DNA from: Leidyana gryllorum EB-2025a
Lineage: Eukaryota > Protista > Apicomplexa
NCBI GenBank assembly: GCA_048772705.1
Contig: JBLWGC010000126.1
Coordinates: forward strand, 62,001-126,000
Length of the DNA: 64,000 bases
Reading direction: 5' to 3'
Every line of letters starts with the position of its first letter. The first letter of the stretch is position 1. The position numbers were made by a program, and so were the translations under genes. Below the pieces are notes generated by a model, which saw nothing but the letters and a program-made list of their open reading frames with translations, was not told the DNA's origin and did not search any database. Below are positions 12,512-25,900 of the stretch, in pieces.

Positions 12512-13187
12512 TCAAACGGGTTTGATCTGTAAGTGGGTTCGACAGGGGGGCCTTTCTCTCTCATCCGGAACTTACCCTAAAATGGAGACTGATGAGGGAG
12601 AATACAAAGCATTTAAGGTCTTGGACGAGGTAGTAAAACACTCTCAACCCCTCCGGGTCTTTCGAATTGGTCACATCACCGAGCGCACCAATTTTAGATG
12701 TCTGAGTGATGTGAGTTGGGAGTTTCGATCGTGTGTGTAAAGTCAGCTTACCACGAATTGGTAATGCTTGCCGTCCATAACAATCTCCAGTTCTTGTCGG
12801 CCGACCCTATCAGAAGCTGGCCAGTCATCATCACTTTCTCTGCAGCACCAACAAATGAATGACATCTGGAGATAGCTACATACTTTACTACTTCAGAATC
12901 TTCTATCACGCGCTTCAGCATGTCAAGCACTGCGGGGGTTACATATGCTGCAAAGGTTCGTCTGGATTGAAGAAAGTGATCACTCAAATACCTTCTTTTC
13001 GTATCATTGTATCATTTTTGTAGTTTGAGTTGTTCGCGTATCGCAGCCTCCCATCTTTTCGAAATTCGAACTCCAGGAACTCGTGTCCGAACTTCCCACG
13101 GTGACCAACACTGTGACGCCACAGTATAACAATGGTGCGGCAAACTTACTAATATCGCAAGTAGAAATCATCCAGTTCCGCCGTCAT
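12512..13187 (-). CDS. MAGO: Mago nashi, exon junction complex core subunit; 6 exons
   Basis: Manual splicing gives [149 protein letters not shown], with five canonical GT-AG introns. Confidence 0.97.
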
Positions 13188-13259
13188 CGCGCCCTTTTTT
13201 GCAGTACTTCCAAGGAGTACTGGTGGGATTGTTCGAAAACTTTTGTCATTTGCGTCTTG

Positions 13260-14951
13260 CTACCAATCCTCAAAGGGATCATTCTCCGTTAATTCAACCT
13301 GCTGCTCCATCTTTCTGGGCTTTTCATCCGGTGGTTTCTCATCATAGTTGCCGAAATTAGAGGTATCATCCAAGGCCTGCGACTCGTGTTCAACTCCTCT
13401 CCGAATACTCATTAGTCTCACTTTGCTCTTGGGTTTGTACGGGGGTTCCAAATGGCCATCCAATAGCGCATCAAAGTCGAAACCTTCAAACCAGCGGTGT
13501 AATCTCACGTCACTTACGCCTCCATCAACATGACCATAACGCCGTGCCAAATCGTGTGTTAGCAACCGCTTGACGAGACTTTTTGCATCTCTGAAACAAC
13601 AGTCATCGCCATCCGCCGTATGAAGCGACATGGATATATCCCAATCAACCGCCGACGTCGTCACGCAGTTCACACACGTGTGCATTGGGAATTGAGCAAG
13701 CAACGATTAGTACAGGGGTCATATGATACGATCATTAACGTAGGGGAGGGGAGAGGCACAGATTTGATCCAGGGGATGCAGGTGACAGTACCTGTTGAAG
13801 AATCGAGGGAAGACTATCCGGCCGGCCAAAATCTTCTGGTATATCCCGAGAGCGTCCTCATCGAAAAAGGGGGGATACCCGACAATCATCTCATAAATTA
13901 GGATTCCGAGAGTCCACCAGTCCACCGGTTTCCCATGTCCTTTGCTCAAGAGAACTTCAGGAGCAATATATTCCGGAGTTCCGCATAGCGTGTATGTCCG
14001 CGACTTGATCTCCTTTGCAAACCCAAAGTCCGTCAGCTTGAGGTAGCCGGTTAGGGAAATCAGCAGATTTTCTGGTTTCAAGTCCCTATATACGATATCC
14101 AGTGAGTGTAAGTATTCAAAGATTAGAGCAATCTGCAATGTGTCGAACGGAATGAGGAGATGCCCGTTCACTTACATGAGCAGCATAAAACCGAGAAGGT
14201 TCATTGTCAAGTCGCTTCGATTTACGTAGAAATGTAAAGAATTCCCCGCCACCCACGTATTCCATCACAATATACAGATACTTCGTATCCTGGAAGGTTG
14301 TATGCATATGTACCTGAGAACCAGAGGGATAGAAAGCTGTGTCGAGACGGACACCTACTATTAGCGGATGGTCGACTCGTGCCAGAATCGACTTCTCCGA
14401 CATGACGTGCTCCACCTGTTTCTGCTTGACGACGGCCGCCTTTGTCAATCGCTTGATCGCAACCGGAGGCAGATTAGCTTGGTTAAGTACCTTTGCCATA
14501 TATACGCGGCCGAAGGATCCTGAGTGCCATTTCGAACGGTGGCCAATAAGGCGCAACAGGCAATAGAGCGAGGCTAGCCACCTGGCGAGGACAGCGTAGA
14601 CGTACCTGTTCCCACAGTCTTCATTAAGTCAAAGTCTTCCAAAGTAGGCTTCTCTTTGAAGGTCTTACTTCGTTTCTTCGCCGGAGGAGGGGAGCGGGGA
14701 GCCGCTGAAACTTTGCTGCTCAAATCGGTTTCTTTTCGCCCTAGTCTGGCATGCCGCCCAATATTCGAAACAGATGGGGCAGCGAGCTGCGGAGTAGGGG
14801 GGGGCGCTTTCACGGGTTCTGCGAGGGGGGCGGCAGGGCGTGGGGGTTTTATCTGGAATATAGAGTCAGCATGACCACCTCCTGCTTTAGCGTGCCTCGC
14901 CGACACACCACTGGAGTGGAATACACGCTTTAGGGCCGCCAACTTATGCAT
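13260..14951 (-). CDS. PKA-C: cAMP-dependent protein kinase catalytic subunit with Pro/Ala-rich N-terminal extension; multi-exon
   Basis: GTG|[47 protein letters not shown] and a C-terminal DPFEDW. Confidence 0.93.
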
Positions 14952-15291
14952 CTGCCCGAGCCTCCATCGGCGATCTATATACGAAAAAAACTGCCTTTTG
15001 GTGCTAAGCTGACCAGGCTATGTATACACTATGTCAATATCTTGCAGCTAAGGGGTGTAAAGACCAGGATCGGGGTGAAACACATGACTATGAAGCGCCC
15101 ACCCTAAGCATCCCATCACCACCCCATACAAAATTACCCCCGTCACTGGAGGAGCGAGCCCCTTTTCATGGTCTTGCGGACCATTCAGCCACCATAGGGA
15201 TGGATACCGCCAGAATTTCAGTCTGGAGTGGCGCTTTCTACCCCTTTTCTTCTCCTCTCCAGTCATCTCTCGTGCTTCAGGTCAAGGGTGA

Positions 15292-15341
15292 GAGTGTGTG
15301 TGTGTATATGTATGTGTGCGCGCGCGTGTGTCTCTGCGTGT
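15292..15341. repeat. Alternating purine-pyrimidine (GT/AT/GC) microsatellite tract
   Basis: gtgtgtgtgtgtatatgtatgtgtgcgcgcgcgtgtg in the spacer between the VTC 3' end and the PKA start. Confidence 0.75.
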
Positions 15342-15439
15342 CTTTTTAGGTAGGTTAATGTGGGTCCCTCCTCTTGGCCCTGAAGGGCAGTAGCTCACTT
15401 CGCACACTCTCTAAACAGCCACCAAGAAAACTTTTTGTT

Positions 15440-18400
15440 TCACTGCAATACGTTTAAAGCCACGACAACGGTGAGGGCCACCACCAATGTAACAACCAGA
15501 ACGAATGGCCCAGATCTGTCAGCATAGTCTATTGGCTCCTTGTGCATAAGCGCTTCTCCACGTCTAGCGTAAACCTGTTCGGTACACATTGTTGTCGGCG
15601 GCGATCAGGTGTATGTGTGGATCTTACTCTGTAGGCATGAACGATGAAGAAGATGGATGCTGGTGCCAAGATCAAACCGGCCAAACGAGAGGTTGCTGTC
15701 CCGAAATTTAACAGAGTGATGGCAATGGTGGCCAGGAGAACAGCTGTATTCATCCATTGCAGGAGTGTCCTCTCATTCGCAAAGAAAGTCTTGGGCTCAA
15801 CACGCACAGCAGCATTCAAGACCACATCACCTTGACGTGTCAGTGTCACATTTCGAGCAGGCGTGGAACGTCTTAGCCAGCCACGAGCACGTTGCCACCA
15901 ACTAGGCCTCCCTACAGCAGTGGTGTCTTGGGACTCATTAGGGGTAATGGGATTCGGGGCCTGCTGATGCGGCAACAGTGGTTTCGAGAGGTCTTCTAAC
16001 GATCGACCTGCGACAGCGAAGCAGAGATGAGATGTCGGACAGCTTTGCATCAAACTCACCTGGAGTGGGACCAATCTTCTCACGATCGCCGATCATGATA
16101 GCAGTGTGGAGGCCCAAGAAGCCTCCACCATTCGTAGGCATGTTTGCTCCCGCTCCGTCCAAGTACCTGGGGGGCGGCAAAAGGGGAGAGTTGCCGCCTC
16201 GTACAGCTCCATCTTGTGACAGAATGTTGATTGTTGCGTCGTTTGCAGCTGCCATCTGATCGCTCCTCAGAGAGGCTCCCTGGTTGACGAGATAACGAAG
16301 CTCATCTTCGTGGTCGCACATGAGCCTATCGCCAGGATTTGAGCGAATGATATCTACACGCCCGTGGCTGCTCGCAGGAGCTTCATTCGCCGGTTCATAG
16401 GTGGAACGGGGTGAGGCTCGCAGCACTGGCGACTGTGTCTTTGTCGGGGCACTGTTGGTGTTCTCAACCTCATCGGGCTCGGGAAAGAAGTTATACCAGT
16501 GAGGAGCCTGGGTACTCATTTTCCACAGAAAATAATTATCGGCCGAACTCACCTGCAGATTCAATTCGAGAGACCGACTTATGCCACTGAGTCCATGGAT
16601 GAAGTAACTGAATGCCCATATTTCAGTCACGGACGTCAGTCCAGTGATCATCTGGATGAATCCTGAGAAATCGATTGACGTTGGATGCTTTGCGCCCAAA
16701 GATCGCCGATCTTCTGACGGTTCGGTGACCACCTTGGGCTCATCGATAATGAAACTCCCATCGCGCGGGTAAGACACCGACAAGAGTCCGAATCCTAGAG
16801 GATAGGTTAATTCATCAGCACGTGCAGCCGTATAGGTGGTGACTGTGGTATCAGTGGGATGGAAGACGAGTCGACCCTCCTCTCTCCGGATTTCTGAGAC
16901 GAACGACACTGCCTCGTCCAGGTGAACACAGACTTGTTGCCCGGTGGGTACTTCAAGTCGGAAACACGTGCGGTGGAACCAAACTTGCAGTACGGGCGCA
17001 AATCCCCGCTCTCTGAATCTGTAAAACGAATGAAGAATTGAAGTATGGGCCGTTGACAATGTGAAACTCACAATTGTTGCGCTTCGTGCAGCAAGTCTTT
17101 CATCTCTCTTGAACGAGTCTCAGAAAAACGTTTGCGCGCACACCACCCCTCGGCGTCAAACTCGCCCTTGAAGAGTGATATGAGGTGCTTTTGCTTGAGC
17201 ACCACTGCGTTGGGGCTATTTCCGCGATGATTGTCCTGTTCATGGGCAAATCGGATACTTCACTTGTCAGTTACATGGCTCACGGGTAGCAGATCGGGCC
17301 ACTCTGTGGTCGCATTGGCAGGTTCCAATAGATCGACTTTCTCGAGGAATATGTCTTTTTCCGGCTCCCCATCGTTAACACCGACCCACCGTAAGCGGAA
17401 GGCCGAATAGATCTTGCGTTTGGCGGGAACCAAATTGCGCAGCTCCCGTCGCCCCCCATACTTTACCAACTCCCGGTAAGTATCTAAAAAGAGACGCAAG
17501 TGGTGAAGACGGACAGTTGGCGGCTCACCAAACTGTTGTGTATCAAAGTATACGCAACAATGCGACACTTTTGACCTGCGCGATCGGTTGAAGTGGGGGA
17601 GAGGTGGTGTAAGGGACTTACGCTGCTGGTTTTGTACTTTTAACCCCGTGTAAGGGGTTCAGAAACTCGTTGGCCAAAGCATCGGCAACTACAGTCTCGT
17701 TGCCGATACTGACTAACGGAACAAACTTCAATAGCAGTGCTTTCAGCCTGCGAGGCGGGAAAAGGTTTAATAATGCGGGGGAATGGGGCGCTCACTTCAT
17801 GAGGTCATCTGGTCGCACCAGATACTTTCCCTGCTTCTCGGGTTGGACAAAGCCGTCAGACCTTGTGGTATCGACAGTTGATGTTGGAGCTTTCGGGATG
17901 CAGTCATGACTTTCAGCGGCCTGTTGATTGTCTTCGGACCCTTCCTCCTGCACTTCGGGTAAAGTTTGAGCTCGGAGTGCTCGGCGGAGGACAGCGTGTC
18001 CGAAGCGGCGCTGACGAATTTGTCCATAGCACAGAGACAGTTGAATGAGTGGGGTTTGGAAATCGGCATTCAAGAATGGCTCGCGTGTGAGTTGTGCCAT
18101 ATACCTGCGTGTGGTGGTTTTTGTGGTGTTATATGTGGCGGTTGGCGCGTACCAGGAAGAGCTGTTGGACTTGTTGTGCTTGTCGTACTTTTTGGTAATC
18201 TTCCGGAAGCCTATGTGATTAATCCTTTGATAACTCTCGAGGAAGACCAGAAGATCTGCTTGTTCATCGACTGCCGCTTCGATCTCGTCCAAGTTGTGCG
18301 GGTACTGTTCGTCAGATTCGTCACGCAACAAGTCTTTGAGGAGTTGACGAAGTGCCCCATTCACGGCAGCCAGGGTGACTTCGAGGAATTTGTTGATCTT

Positions 18401-18628
18401 CTCCTTCTCGTCATTGAGAAGGTCCTGAAAGCGTGACTCTGGAGGCCTGAAGACGGAGCCGGCGAACGCAGAAACATTCCCAAAGTTGGATGTAACCTCC
18501 TTGATGGAGTACTCGGAAGCATCGGTTCCGGTTATCAGCTTGATGGCCTGCTTCAGGTCTTTGTAAGCAAGATAGAAGTGCCTGTACTGAGGATAAGCCT
18601 CCTGGAGGAGTTTCCTGCCGAACTTCAT
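15440..18628 (-). CDS. Vacuolar transporter chaperone (polyphosphate synthesis complex) subunit: SPX + VTC + DUF202 TM domains; multi-exon
   Basis: SPX motifs MKFGRKL, YLAYKDLK and INHIGFRKITKKYDK; VTC motifs VYFDT and FRLRW; DUF202 motif VEPKTFFANERTLLQW followed by 3 TMs. A further short exon may extend it to about 15355. Confidence 0.92.
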
Positions 18629-18682
18629 ACCTACTTTTTTACCCCAAAAGCCCTACATCGTCACTTAAGATGGTTATTTTGA

Positions 18683-21512
18683 TCATTCAGGCAGACTAGC
18701 CGACCAGGCACGCACGAAGTGCTCTAAGCGTTCATTCTCCACGATGAGTCTCCCTCTGGCAATCTGAAACACTGTCGTTCCCAAGTCCGCCTGGGTTCGC
18801 CAGATCAACTCTGCTGCCTCCTTTATGCTGCCCTCCTCGACATCTACACTGGGACTGTGGTCTAAAGCGAGATGCCACAGGACCTTCACACCCTCCCCGA
18901 AAAGTTCACCCATTCTGTGGTACACCGCATCGAACCCAGCCGGCATCAACTCTGCATACATCCGTGACATCGGGGCCGCCTCCTCCAACGGGTGTCGAAC
19001 AGCACCAACAAAGAACTGGTCAGGGTGCGGATCTTCCTGATCATCCAGACTCAAGTAGGCAACTCCACAGTCGCAGCCTTCGTTCTTCACCCCGAGTTCC
19101 TTCCAGGCATCCCACACAGCCTTGTGGATACTTTCCAGTTCTGTTGAGGAGTCACCCAGAGTTGCCAACAGCTGCCGAGCCCATAGATTCACTCCCTGGA
19201 ATACCAATCGACACAATTTGATCAGAAAGTCAGCTTGAACTTCTGGCAACTGGACGAACAGATCCACAGAATCAGCTCGGACACTCTCCAACCACATCCT
19301 TTGTGGAGGCAGCCACTCATCCTCGGCATCGTTACTCTTTTCCTCCCACGAGTTCTCTCTCAACAGCTGCAGCCGTTCCGCTCGAATCAGTCGGCGGACG
19401 TTCCGATCCTTGGGAACCCCATATATGGTGCCTCGTGCGAACCCGTCTTGATGGGTCCGAGGCACGTCGGGGACTCGACAACCGTTGGTGGGAGGCCCCA
19501 CCACGAGAGTATGTGGTCGAGGTCGCCACCGGGGCAACAGAGGATCTTGTTTGACCATCCGACTCATCATCGACTGCACGGTACGGTTTCTCCCTTGCCA
19601 CAGTAACTTGTATTCTGGAATCTCGTTAGCGGCATCCGCTCGACGATGGAGACGGAAGGCGTTGTCGCTGGTACCAACCGCCGGTAGCACATACAGAGCG
19701 GGCTTCTTGTGCCCAGCACAGTAGTGCCGCGAAGCCATTGAGCCACCGGCCGCAGGTCCATCTTTCGGAGTATTCGGTCTGGCCACATGGATCAGAGCAA
19801 TTGCGAGATCACGCCATCTATCCAGTAGATCAGTTGATGAGGCAGGCAAGCCTTGAACCCGAACACAAAAAAGTTGGTCGGCGGACCCTCCAGTGGTGAA
19901 GTTGAGACTGGGGGGCAGGGCATGACCTCTCCAGTGCTGTGGCAGAGACAAAGATGGCATCAAGTGGTGAGACAGGAGAAAATCGCCTTACCGGAGGAAG
20001 TCGTGCAGACACACAGTCCTTATGGAACTGATGGAAACGAGCTCGAGAATAGAAGGGTCCCTCTTTCAAGGCGAGTCGTTTGACCAAATCTGTCCGAACA
20101 GAGGGTCTGGTGATTCGAGCGGTTCGACAGAGTTCCAACTCGTCTACGAGGTCACACAACTCCGCGTGCATCCGATAGCTTATCCATCGTTTGCGCATAG
20201 CAGCGCAGTCGTAAACCGTTTCACAAACGTCCGTCTCCCTCTCATTGGGCAGATCGGGTGGTGAGTGAGCTAAGGCCAGTGACAGTTTCTTCTGCTTGAG
20301 TGTTTTGGGTGGACCGAGCAGTGTGGACACACAAGTGGTACAGATTGCGCCAGAGGTGACTCCGTCGCTGCGACACAAATCGGCCAAACAAGTTCGACCG
20401 TTCCGTGCTGCTTTATCGAGCTGGTTGGAGTCGCGAAGAGCGGCCGCTCCGAACCACATTCCCATCCAGAGTGGATCTTTGTCTTCGTTGACTATCCACC
20501 ACGGGTGCAGATTGTTGGTTAGAGGGGGATATGATGGGGGGATGGGGGGAATGGCATTGTTTCGGTCCCGTGGCGGAGGAAGTCCAGCCATAGCTTGAGG
20601 AGAGGTCAGATACAATGTCATCAGATGTCTTGCCGTCAGTGGTATCCGGGTTTCAGCCAACAGGGCGGACTTTTTAGCAACCGGAATGTTCCGATGATTG
20701 TATAGTAAATCAATTCCACTGGGGGAATCTCGTTCAGGGTAGTCAGGTTTCCGAAGTGTCTTGGTCGCAGCATATGTTGCGGTGTCAATAGGTATACGGA
20801 TCTTTGATGATGACCTATTATTCGTATTGCTCCATCTACCTGGCTGTGCCAACGCGTAGACGGCGTCCTTGACGAAAGCTTCATCCACCAGACCGTCACC
20901 AGGAAAAGACATTGTACCATCCGTCGTTGTTTCTGTTATCAGATTGTCTGTTGAAACCGTGGAAGGAGGCGGCGTTTCGGGATCTCTAGAAGCCGTCGGG
21001 GGCGGCCAGAGCAGCAGCGCTTCCGATGTCTGGTCCAGTGCCGCAGTCAGCTCGGTTTGGAAATTGGACCTCAACCTTAGCCAGCGGGTATACCAGCGGC
21101 TTTCATCAAGGGATAGGCCTGCTTCGACGCCTCCGCCCTCGAACATAACTTCCGGGGCGGCTTTCACAGAGCGATGCATATGTGCGGCTGAAACAGACTC
21201 GCAGTACAGCGCTCTCTTTTCAAGTCTTGCCGCAGCTTCATCTCTCCGCAGACTCGCACGTTCCTGCCTTCTGTAAATTGATTGGCGCTGTCGCACACGT
21301 ATACGACCTAGAGAGGCCGAGTGAGCTCTGCTCGAAGTGCAAAGGGGTCGAGTAGTGTTCAATCGTTTTGCCCATGAAACGATGTCTCGGCGAATCGCTG
21401 CTCTCAACTCTGCCCGGTCAAACCCCCATGCCTCTGGATTCTGAGCCAATCTGGAGGACAGCATCCGGGCTAGGGCGCTCGCCCGCCGCCCAATCAGCTG
21501 CTCTTCCCGCAT
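18683..21512 (-). CDS. Hypothetical protein, about 920 aa, 2 exons
   Basis: ORFs 19830-21512 and 18683-19963 are joined in frame by an intron of about 55 nt (gtaagg...ccacag; junction RLPP|HWRG). Confidence 0.7.
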
Positions 21513-21540
21513 AACGATTTTTCAACTAGTGCAAAAGTTC

Positions 21541-22754
21541 TTAAATGCAAGCAGGACAATAAGGACTGGGCTGTTGAATGGTGATGTACTGTGGCTGCGC
21601 CACTGGCAATCTGAACCTGGGAAGTTCTTGTTGTGCTGACTGTTGAGCCGCCCATTGCTGCTGTTGAGGCTGCTGTTGAGCCACCCATTGTTGCGGTTGG
21701 GGCTGTTGTTGAGCCGCCAATGGCTGTTGTTGAGCCGCCAACTGTTGTTGTTGGGGCTGTAAAGCAACCCACTGTTGTGGCACTGGACCCGTGTAAGTGA
21801 TATATCGGGTCTGAGGAGCCATGACCGAGTCATAGACCTCCCCCAATGCCGTCGCTACTGTTTTGAAGTATTCCAGATTCTTGTTACTGAACGTGCCCTG
21901 ATCAATAATAAGATATGCACACACGTTTGCCGCTGTCTCTGACTTACCACTTCGGGACTGTCGATGTCCAACACGCCAACTACTCTTCCCAAAAGCGGGG
22001 ACTTGATCGGCAAACATAGCTCGGACCGGCTCGTTGGATCACATGCAACGTGAGAGGGAAAGTTCTCAACGTTGTGTACCACGACGGGCTCTCCGGTCCG
22101 AGCGGCCTGTGCACAAACTCCGCCCGGTTGTGGCAGCCGTTGACATGCTGGAGTACCTTGAAACGGCCCTAGAGTGAGCTGGAAATCCTCTTGATTCTGG
22201 CCGACTGTCCATAAATTCTTCTCTACCAATGAGTCGCTTCCCAGCCCATTTCGTCGAACGTCTTTGAGCCAATAAATCCCGGTCCAGTTGAAAATCGGTC
22301 TGGCCTTGTTGAAAGTACAATGAATGTGAGACAGAAGATTACTAATGAAACCTGGGAAGTCTGCGGGATGCATCGGTTGCTTCTCTGGCATATACTTCTT
22401 CCATAGGGTGATGACACGATCTTTGAGTTCGGCGGTGCGGTCAGCCCACTCGGCAAGAGCCCTCTGCTCCAAGTCGGGCAGTACACGCGGCACCTCCCAG
22501 GTGGTTTGAAGATGCGCTGGCAACACAACGTCCATTGGAGCCATTTGACCTTGTTGAACCTTCGAATAAGCAACGCCATTTGCCGAAAGGGATGCGGTTG
22601 AGGCCTCCCACCCAGCTGTCGCAATCCCCCCGTTTCCAAAGGCTGGCGTTACAGAGAGAGTCTGAGCGACTCCGACAGCCAAAGCTTCCAGGAAAAGAGG
22701 AGCTTCTGTGGCTGGAAGCACTGACCGTGCTCGATTGTACCGAATTGCTCCCAT
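21541..22754 (-). CDS. msrC: Free methionine-R-sulfoxide reductase (GAF-fold fRMsr/MsrC) with N-terminal extension and Gln-rich C-terminal tail
   Basis: NWTGIY, LGPFQGTPACQRL, GVCAQAA, HVACDPTSRSELCLP and VGVLDIDS; all three family cysteines are present; one intron, then the Q-rich exon. Confidence 0.88.
21635..21780 (-). repeat. Imperfect coding tandem repeat encoding QQ(W/L/P)xAQQQP units
   Basis: Repeated ctgttgagccgcc / ttgttg units on the + strand. Confidence 0.8.
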
Positions 22755-22908
22755 ACCGCGCAAAAAAAACTATACTACGAGATGTCGCCATGGGGCAGGT
22801 GTTGAGTAGAGGGAGATAGAATTAGAGGGTATGGACGACCATTAGACAGCAATTACCCAGTAGTGAACATATCTCCTCCATGTTACGGAAAAAAGACAAG
22901 CATAGCCT

Positions 22909-25900
22909 ATGGCACACAGACGTGCTGTCGATAATGATGAGGCCGAGCGGAGCAAATTACTGAGTGCTGAACAGCCCCCACCGTCATCAAGTAAACGCAA
23001 GAGGTCCAAAACAGTCCCCGCTTCTCCCGCTGCCAACTCAAATGCAGACAGCACTCCGACGCCAGGCCATTTGTCATCGTCACAAATTCCCCTACAGAGC
23101 GATGTTGGTCAACAGAAGGTCAAACATCGTCAGACGGAACTCAAGGCACAAGTACAAAGAGCTCGCTTCGAGTAAGCTTCCCACCCCCAGTTTATGGGCG
23201 GATGTCTGCGACCCAGTGCTTCCCAGTAGCCACCTAAGGGCTTCCCTGCAACTACTTCTTGTTGATCTCTGGGGCTGAGGGCGTCCCGTTGAACGGTTGG
23301 TGGGCATATGGACCCTTTCTCGCCCAACGGAGATACAGACTGCCCCGCCTTTCCCTTTCGCTTCGTCTCTTGGCCCTCGTGTCGTTCGATCTAAGATGCT
23401 GTCTTCTCTTCTTCAGCGCCCTACGCTTACGGCGTCGGTGTTTGAGCACCGTGGGCATTTTCACCTTGTTGTCGTATCACAAGGCTGAGCACCAGTTGTT
23501 AGATAGTACCCCACAGCCCACGCGGGAAGCCTTGTTTCTGGTCTTCTTCCATCATTTGGTGATGCAAGTGGACTTGCTGGCGCGTCTTCTGGACGCGAAC
23601 GGTTCGAGCTCTGCGGCCGCGCAGAGCCCCGCAGCCCCAACGATTCCGACCTTAAGCATTGGTGAGCGGCTACACTCTTGCAGACTCCTAAGCTCTCTGC
23701 AGATCCGCAACTGAAAGAAATTGAGATGGCCAGTGGACCTTCTGGAGCCCCTCCCACTGGACGGACTACGTTCGCGGGACCCATCTCAGACGCCTCGCGC
23801 TCTCGCAGGAAGGAATCCAGTCCCTTACGTCGCCAAATAAGTCAACAATCTTCTGATCACGAAGATAACAAGAAATCGTCAAGTAGCAGTGAAGATCTAA
23901 ATCTGCGCCGAGTAGTCCGCTGGGCGAGAGAGACGGCTCGGACTTATCTGTTGGCTCTCAAATTGGACCAATCACAGCCAGCACAAAGATTGGTGAGGTA
24001 TCTAGAAGCTCATGTAATGCGATTGAGAGCTGATGCTTGTCCCGAGTTGAACGTGGCCTCCACCGGAGCGTCAGAATCTGCCAGCAAACGAAGCAGCAAA
24101 GGTTTCAAATCCAGGAATAAACGAATTCAATCTGATCTGTCAAAGGTTCACCCACTCGTCTTCAACCCGCAACCGCCCAAACGACATTTGGTCACTGTCA
24201 CTCAACTGGTAGAGGAATATATCATGAGGCGGATTCTAGATCCTACACCCATTAACGCAATCAGCAAGCCACAAGCCTCGAAATCAGGAATGTTGGGTTC
24301 GTTGATGAACCGGGCACAATCCTTGCGGCGAACCACTCCTCCTGAGGAACTCTCCTTCCTCGATGCTTTGTCGGCGGAACAACTGGAACTGTTGACAAGC
24401 GAACAGGCGTTACGTCGTGATTACCCCACACATAATGTATTGTGTTTGAGTGACATCGCTGAACGCCTCAGTCACTTACCGACAATGTTACTCAACCAGC
24501 TCCTGCTGGTCGGTGGTCTCACGCCAGCTTCCACCACTTCCGCTCACCCGCCGCTTGTATCACCCCCTCCGCCAGCGACCGAACTAATAATCGAACGGTC
24601 TGAGAGCGCGTGTACCCAGGTTCAATCAGCCCCTCCAATGGAGCGCTCCGCGCCCTCGGGAGACATTGAAGATGATCCCCTCGGACTCATCAGCGCTCCC
24701 TTCGACAACAACCTCATTAATTGGGCCTTTGGAGACCCCCAGAGTTCCGACGGAGAGATGGCTACGCCACCCTTCCAAGACGCTCTATCCGCCGAGGTGG
24801 AAGCCCTCACAACGCCTCAAGCCTCCCCTCCTCGCGATAGCCCTCCTCCTGTGACTCCTATCCCAGTCACAGCGCCGGAACCTCATGAAATACCACCTAT
24901 TTCTGGCCAGGAATCGACTATCCGCTCGATATTTGAGCTATTTCCTCTCCACACGCTTCTATTCTGGGAATCAATGTATACATTGCTACTCAGCGGGCAC
25001 TGGGACGTTATGGTTCAGGAGACCTGCAAGCAGTAAGTCCACCTCAACAGCAGCAGTCAACTCTATGCTTGTTAATGTATGCAGATTCGCTCTCTCTTTG
25101 GACATCGCGCCCGAATTATTTGATCTCTTGATGGCCTATACTGCCGAGGCGGTATCTGAAGCGGTTGAGCGTTCTAGCGCATCAGCCCAGTCTTCCTCCA
25201 CCACTGCTGCGGCGGATTCAACCAGCGAAACCCGCAGTTTGGCCACCACCAGTACTAAAACTCTCAGAGGCAAAGCGAGCAGCGCTGCGAATCGCGGAAG
25301 AATCCTAAAGATTGCCGGAATGGCCATTGGAGTCGGCGCGCTGTCTGCTTTGACCGCCGGAATCGCTGCTCCGGCTTTCGCTGCCGGTGTTGGCGCTCTG
25401 GGAATCGCTGGAACGAGTGGCTTCGGTGAGTGCTTTCAGATTGTCCCCATCTCAAGACTCGTTTCTCAGCTACCTTCCTTGGAACGGCAGGAGGTTCAGC
25501 TGCCCTGGCTTCTTTGTTCGGGGCTGGAAGTGCCAGTTTGTCAGGCTGGAAGTACAGTCGTCGCCTAGCGGACATCAAAACGTTTGAGTTCCACAGTTTG
25601 AGCTCGCAATATGTCGTGGATGCTGTAGCTACCTATATATCCGAAGTGATGGATCTGTCTCTCTCTCGTGGCAGTGGGGCCTTCCAAGGCCCGGTACTCG
25701 GTCTGTCGCTGTGCTCCGAAGAAAACAGGAGTCGCAAGAATAAACCCCCTTTCCAACTTGTCATCGGGATCAGCGGTTGGCTGAACACTGAAGAAGATGC
25801 AACCAGACCTTGGCGATGTATATCAGACGCGCTAGGCAGTGAACTGTTTGCGCTGAAGTGGGAACCACACCTCTTGACGGCATTGGGAGCTATGATTGTC

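Noticed and set aside
19830-19990. Apparent frameshift between the overlapping 560-aa and 426-aa ORFs
   Set aside because: Explained by a canonical intron of about 55 nt (gtaagg...ccacag).
23252-23464. Highly basic 70-aa minus-strand ORF (protamine-like)
   Set aside because: It lies antisense to the probable 5' region of the DUF726 gene and mirrors a CT-rich plus strand; no independent support.
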